A stretch of 64,000 bases of DNA from Vitrella brassicaformis CCMP3155. Lineage: Eukaryota; Protista; Chromerida. A program made the translations under genes and the position numbers. The notes beneath the pieces were generated by a model that worked only from the letters and a program-made list of their open reading frames with translations, did no database searches and was not told where the DNA came from. The stretch covers positions 1 through 64,000 of the forward strand of contig CDMY01000698.1 of assembly GCA_001179505.1 (NCBI GenBank), given 5' to 3'. Numbering within the stretch: position 1 is the stretch's first letter; each line of letters starts with the position of its first letter. Positions 60,401 through 64,000 of the stretch are shown here, in pieces.

Positions 60401-62809
60401 AACTCACTCCCCGCCATACAGATCGGCAACGTACGCACAAACCCATGTATGTCTCTGCCTTTATTCAACTTGTGTCTCTTCTGTCTGTGTGTATGCAGTC
60501 GATCAACGACCCCCTTGTGAACTGCACCGTGGGCAGCGAGTGGAGCTACCGTGTGCGCGAGGACGGCGACGACAACGACGTGTTCCTCGACCCGGTCCCC
60601 GCTGACTACTTCAGGGTGGCCGTACCAGACACACACCCCGTGGTACGCACCCGCCCTGGCAGTCTAGAGGAATCGGGAACGAGACAGACAGGGGGTGTGT
60701 GTCTGTGTCTGGGTCTTCGTGTCAGGTTGAGGTGCGTGTGAACGGCATGCTGGCCGCCCACTTGAACGAGGCGTCGATGCACGGCTTCGGCTTCACCTAC
60801 GACGCCGCCCTCACACCCAGCGTGACCACTATCAGCTCGACCACACTCAAGAAGGGAGACCCCCTCACACTCACACGTAAGACACCGAACGAACTAACAC
60901 ACGAAGCATAGGCATCAGCGGCCCGGCCCCTGTGTGTCTGCGTGTGTATGCAGTGACCAACATGGGAACCCCCGCGCTCGAGGACGTCACTGTGACAATC
61001 GGCACCGCCCCCTGCGACCTCTCGGCCGCCCCCACCGGCAACTCCATCACCTGCACCATGGGTGTGGGTGCCGCCGGGTCGTTCCCCCTCCATGTGCTCA
61101 TCAAGGGCAGGGGCATCGCCGACGTGCCGGCCGAGGGCACCGCAGTCAAGTATGTGCAGACCATTGACAGCGTCTCGCCCACTGCTGGCCCGGAGGCAGG
61201 CGGCACCTCGCTCGTCATCGAGGGCAGCGGCTTCCAGGCGGAGAAGGACAACAACTCAGTGCTTGTTGGTACGGGCGGGCGCACAGCTAGGGAACAAGCA
61301 AGGAGTGAGTGGAGAGAAACGGCACGTGTGTGTGTGTGTGGCCAGGTGGCCAGCCATGCGTGATCCAGGAGGTCAGGGAGCACTCGCGGATCGTGTGCCT
61401 CACCCCAGCCGGTCAGGGCTCGCAGCCCGTGACGGTCAACGCGGCCTCGCTCGACGCCGACTCGACCACCGACGCCGGCAGCTTCACCTTCGACCCCGCA
61501 CTCACCAGCGTCATCACATCTATCGAGCCTCGAGTCATCCCCTCCTCCATCTCAAAGACCGTCATTATCTCTGGTGCGTTCAGACGGCCAGCCAGCCAGC
61601 CAGCCACGAACACACATCGATGGGCGTCTGTGTGTGTGTAGGTTCGAAATTCCGCGGTTCTTACGACATCCTCACTGACAAGACGGCCGACACCTTGATG
61701 AGCATCAGCTTCGGCAACCGCGATTGCCGCGTGCTGCAGGTCAACGCCACTACGGTACTCTGCCGCCTCAAGCGCGCCAAGCCCACCTACGGCGACAACG
61801 CTGGCGACGAGATGGTGAGCCCCCTAATGGTGGTCGACGAGTGGGGCTACGCCAAGGTGGACGACACACCAGTGACCAAGCTGGACACCAGCTACGAGAT
61901 CACCTCTGTCAACTCTGGGGAGCTGCCGTCTGGATCTCTCTACGGCGGGAGCAAGATTGTGATAGCGGGCAAGGGCTTCGCCGAGGACCCCCTCCTGGCC
62001 GACTACCAGGTCATGCTCGTCTTCAACTACATCCACGCTGACGTCCCTGAGGAGAAGAAACAAGGTCCGTCTGCAAACCCGTCCGTGTGTGTGCGGGATG
62101 TGTTGGTTTGGCGTGCACTCCACAAACTGACTGTGTGTGTGTGTTGATGGCTGATCTGAAAGCTGAGATCCGTCTCGAGTGCGAGGTGACGACGGCGACA
62201 TCGACCCTGATCGAGTGCACCACCCCGTCCTTGTGCGACTACGCCTACCCCACCCGCAGCGTCTACACCAACGGCGAGGAGGCCGCACAGGAGATCTGCG
62301 AGAGGGGACTCTTCGTCCAGGGAGCTATCAACGTCAATGTCAACGGCATCAAGGTCACCCTCCCTCCCTCATGCACACACACTCACACGAACACGCATTG
62401 AGACGGCAGGATGGATGGATGGATGTGTGGGTGGGTGGGTGTGATTGCAGCCCAAGTGCAAAGACGCCAATGGCTGTGAGTTCAAGTACGCGGCTTCCCA
62501 GGCCAACGAGCTGACGTCCATCAGCCCCAAGAAGGGCAAAGCCGGAGACACCATCACACTCACCGCAAAACTCGCATCGGGTACCCACAACACATACACA
62601 CACATGCATGTGGGTAGATCCATGTCTCCATTCCTCTCTGCGTGTGGGCAGGCTCCAAGAAGAAGTCCGGTGCGAAGCTCCTGCTCGGTGAGAGTGTGGA
62701 GGCCTCGTGCGCCGACGTCAGCCACAGCGGCGACCAGGCCACCGTCACCTGCACCATCCCACAGTACCCCGCCAGCCAGCTCCCCGTCACCCTCTGGATC
62801 GAAGGCACG

Positions 62810-62845
<36 letters not shown>

Positions 62846-64000
62846 GCGCGCGCGCACATACACACACACACAGAGCACGAGACACAACAACACAGATGGC
62901 AACTTTACCGTATCCTGTGTGCATCCATCATCCAGGTGACGGCTACGCCAAGGACAAGGGCGACGTGGCCTCTGACGGCTTCCTGAACGAGCTGCTTCTG
63001 ACGGACATCAAGCCCCGCCGCAGCAGCATGGAGGGCGGCCGCATCGTCACACTCACCGGCGAGGGCTTCAGCACAAACCCACAGGACAACATCGTCGAAG
63101 TCGGCGACGACGGCCGGATCTGCGAGGTGGTCGGCACCCCCACACACACGACCCTGCAGTGCAAGACGCCTACATACGGCAGCAAACCCAGCGGCGAGCA
63201 CCAGGCCGACATTAAGGTCCATGTGGTGGGCCAGGACACCTCCCTCATCACCGGCACCCCCGGCGCTCGCAGGAGACTGTCCTCCAGCCGTAATAAGCAG
63301 ACACAGACGGTGTGTTGATGTGTGTCATTTCCCTGTGTGCGTGCGTGTGCGCAGATTCGGTGCCCATCCACCCGTCGGACAAGATTCGCCGTCGCCTCAA
63401 GGAGCGTACTGGCGGTGTTGCGTCGCGCTTCCTGTTGGACAAGGCAGATCTGGACCACCAGCGCCACTCTGGCGTCGACATCGCCCTCGGCGGCGGCAGG
63501 AAGCTCAACACACACAACGCCCTCGGACACGAGGTCAGCAAAAGACCATGGGCGCGTACGTGTCAAGCTGCCTGTGGTGATGAATGTCTGTGTGTGTGTG
63601 TGTGTGCAGGAGGTTGCTGCCTGGACTCAGCATGCTGTGGATGTGCTCCGTGCTGAGCGGTCGGTGGTGGATGAGGCCACCTCTGCCGACGGTGTCCGCC
63701 GTTGCGAGGCCTCCGCCACCAATGCGTCCACCGCCATCACCATCCACAACTGGCACCAGGAGGACGTCGCATCAAGGCGCAGACGAAGACTCGCACGTAA
63801 GTCACCATGACTACTGACACACAACACACCCTGCACCCTGCCCATTCACGTGTGCGTGTTGTGGCAACACAATGGGTGCAGCGGAGACCTGGCCGGCTGA
63901 TCTGATAGCCGAGTCGTCCGAGTGCGGCACCCCCTGCCACTGCAAGGTCACCTACGCCAACGCCCTCACACCCGAGCTCTCGTCCGTCGCCCCAACCACC
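57470..64000 (+). CDS. Fibrocystin/PKHD1L1-like secreted protein with multiple IPT/TIG domains and a PA14-like domain; runs off the window end
   Basis: Signal peptide MGRTMLLLTLLLVGLLNGGLA; IPT repeats (VTDVYPRRGSLMGGT, IDSVSPTAGPEAGGTSLVIEGSGF, SGSLYGGSKIVIAGKGF, IKPRRSSMEGGRIVTLTGEGF); PA14-like YFIPPVTGKYSFYSTSDD and YLMRIEHTQHGGG; Thr/Pro mucin linker at 59125-59290. Confidence 0.88.

Noticed and set aside
61640-61655. ggttcgaaattcc B-box-like motif
   Set aside because: Lies at an intron/exon junction inside the fibrocystin-like CDS (GSKF); coincidental.

Overview
Eukaryotic nuclear DNA that is GC-rich, gene-dense and very intron-rich. Introns are short and filled with (TG)n/(CTGT)n/(GGAT)n microsatellites. 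Intron style, a CPW-WPC gene and signal+transit-type leaders suggest a chromerid-like alveolate such as Vitrella (inference only). About 20 spliced genes were reconstructed by hand from the ORF track plus GT/AG junction phases. Recognisable products: CCCH zinc-finger protein, Tas-like aldo-keto reductase with a long N-terminal extension, DUF501 protein, FHA protein, multi-TM protein (possibly degenerate), class 1/2 aldehyde dehydrogenase, 2OG-Fe(II) oxygenase, CPW-WPC protein, RING-CH ligase, internally duplicated helical protein with C-terminal RING, MED6-like gene with apparent frame lesions, Ser/Thr kinase, sigma-class GST, NYN-domain protein, Sel1-repeat protein, and a fibrocystin-like IPT/PA14 protein truncated by the window end. 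The most notable non-gene structures are a 167-bp near-perfect inverted-repeat pair enclosing about 2.5 kb next to the oxygenase gene, a 34-bp-stem foldback hairpin inside the kinase's last exon, a signal peptide lying in a shifted frame between two homopolymer runs, and seven tightly packed head-to-head gene pairs. No rRNA, complete tRNA, CRISPR array or intact transposase/RT was seen. Most short ORFs in the track are shadow or microsatellite ORFs.
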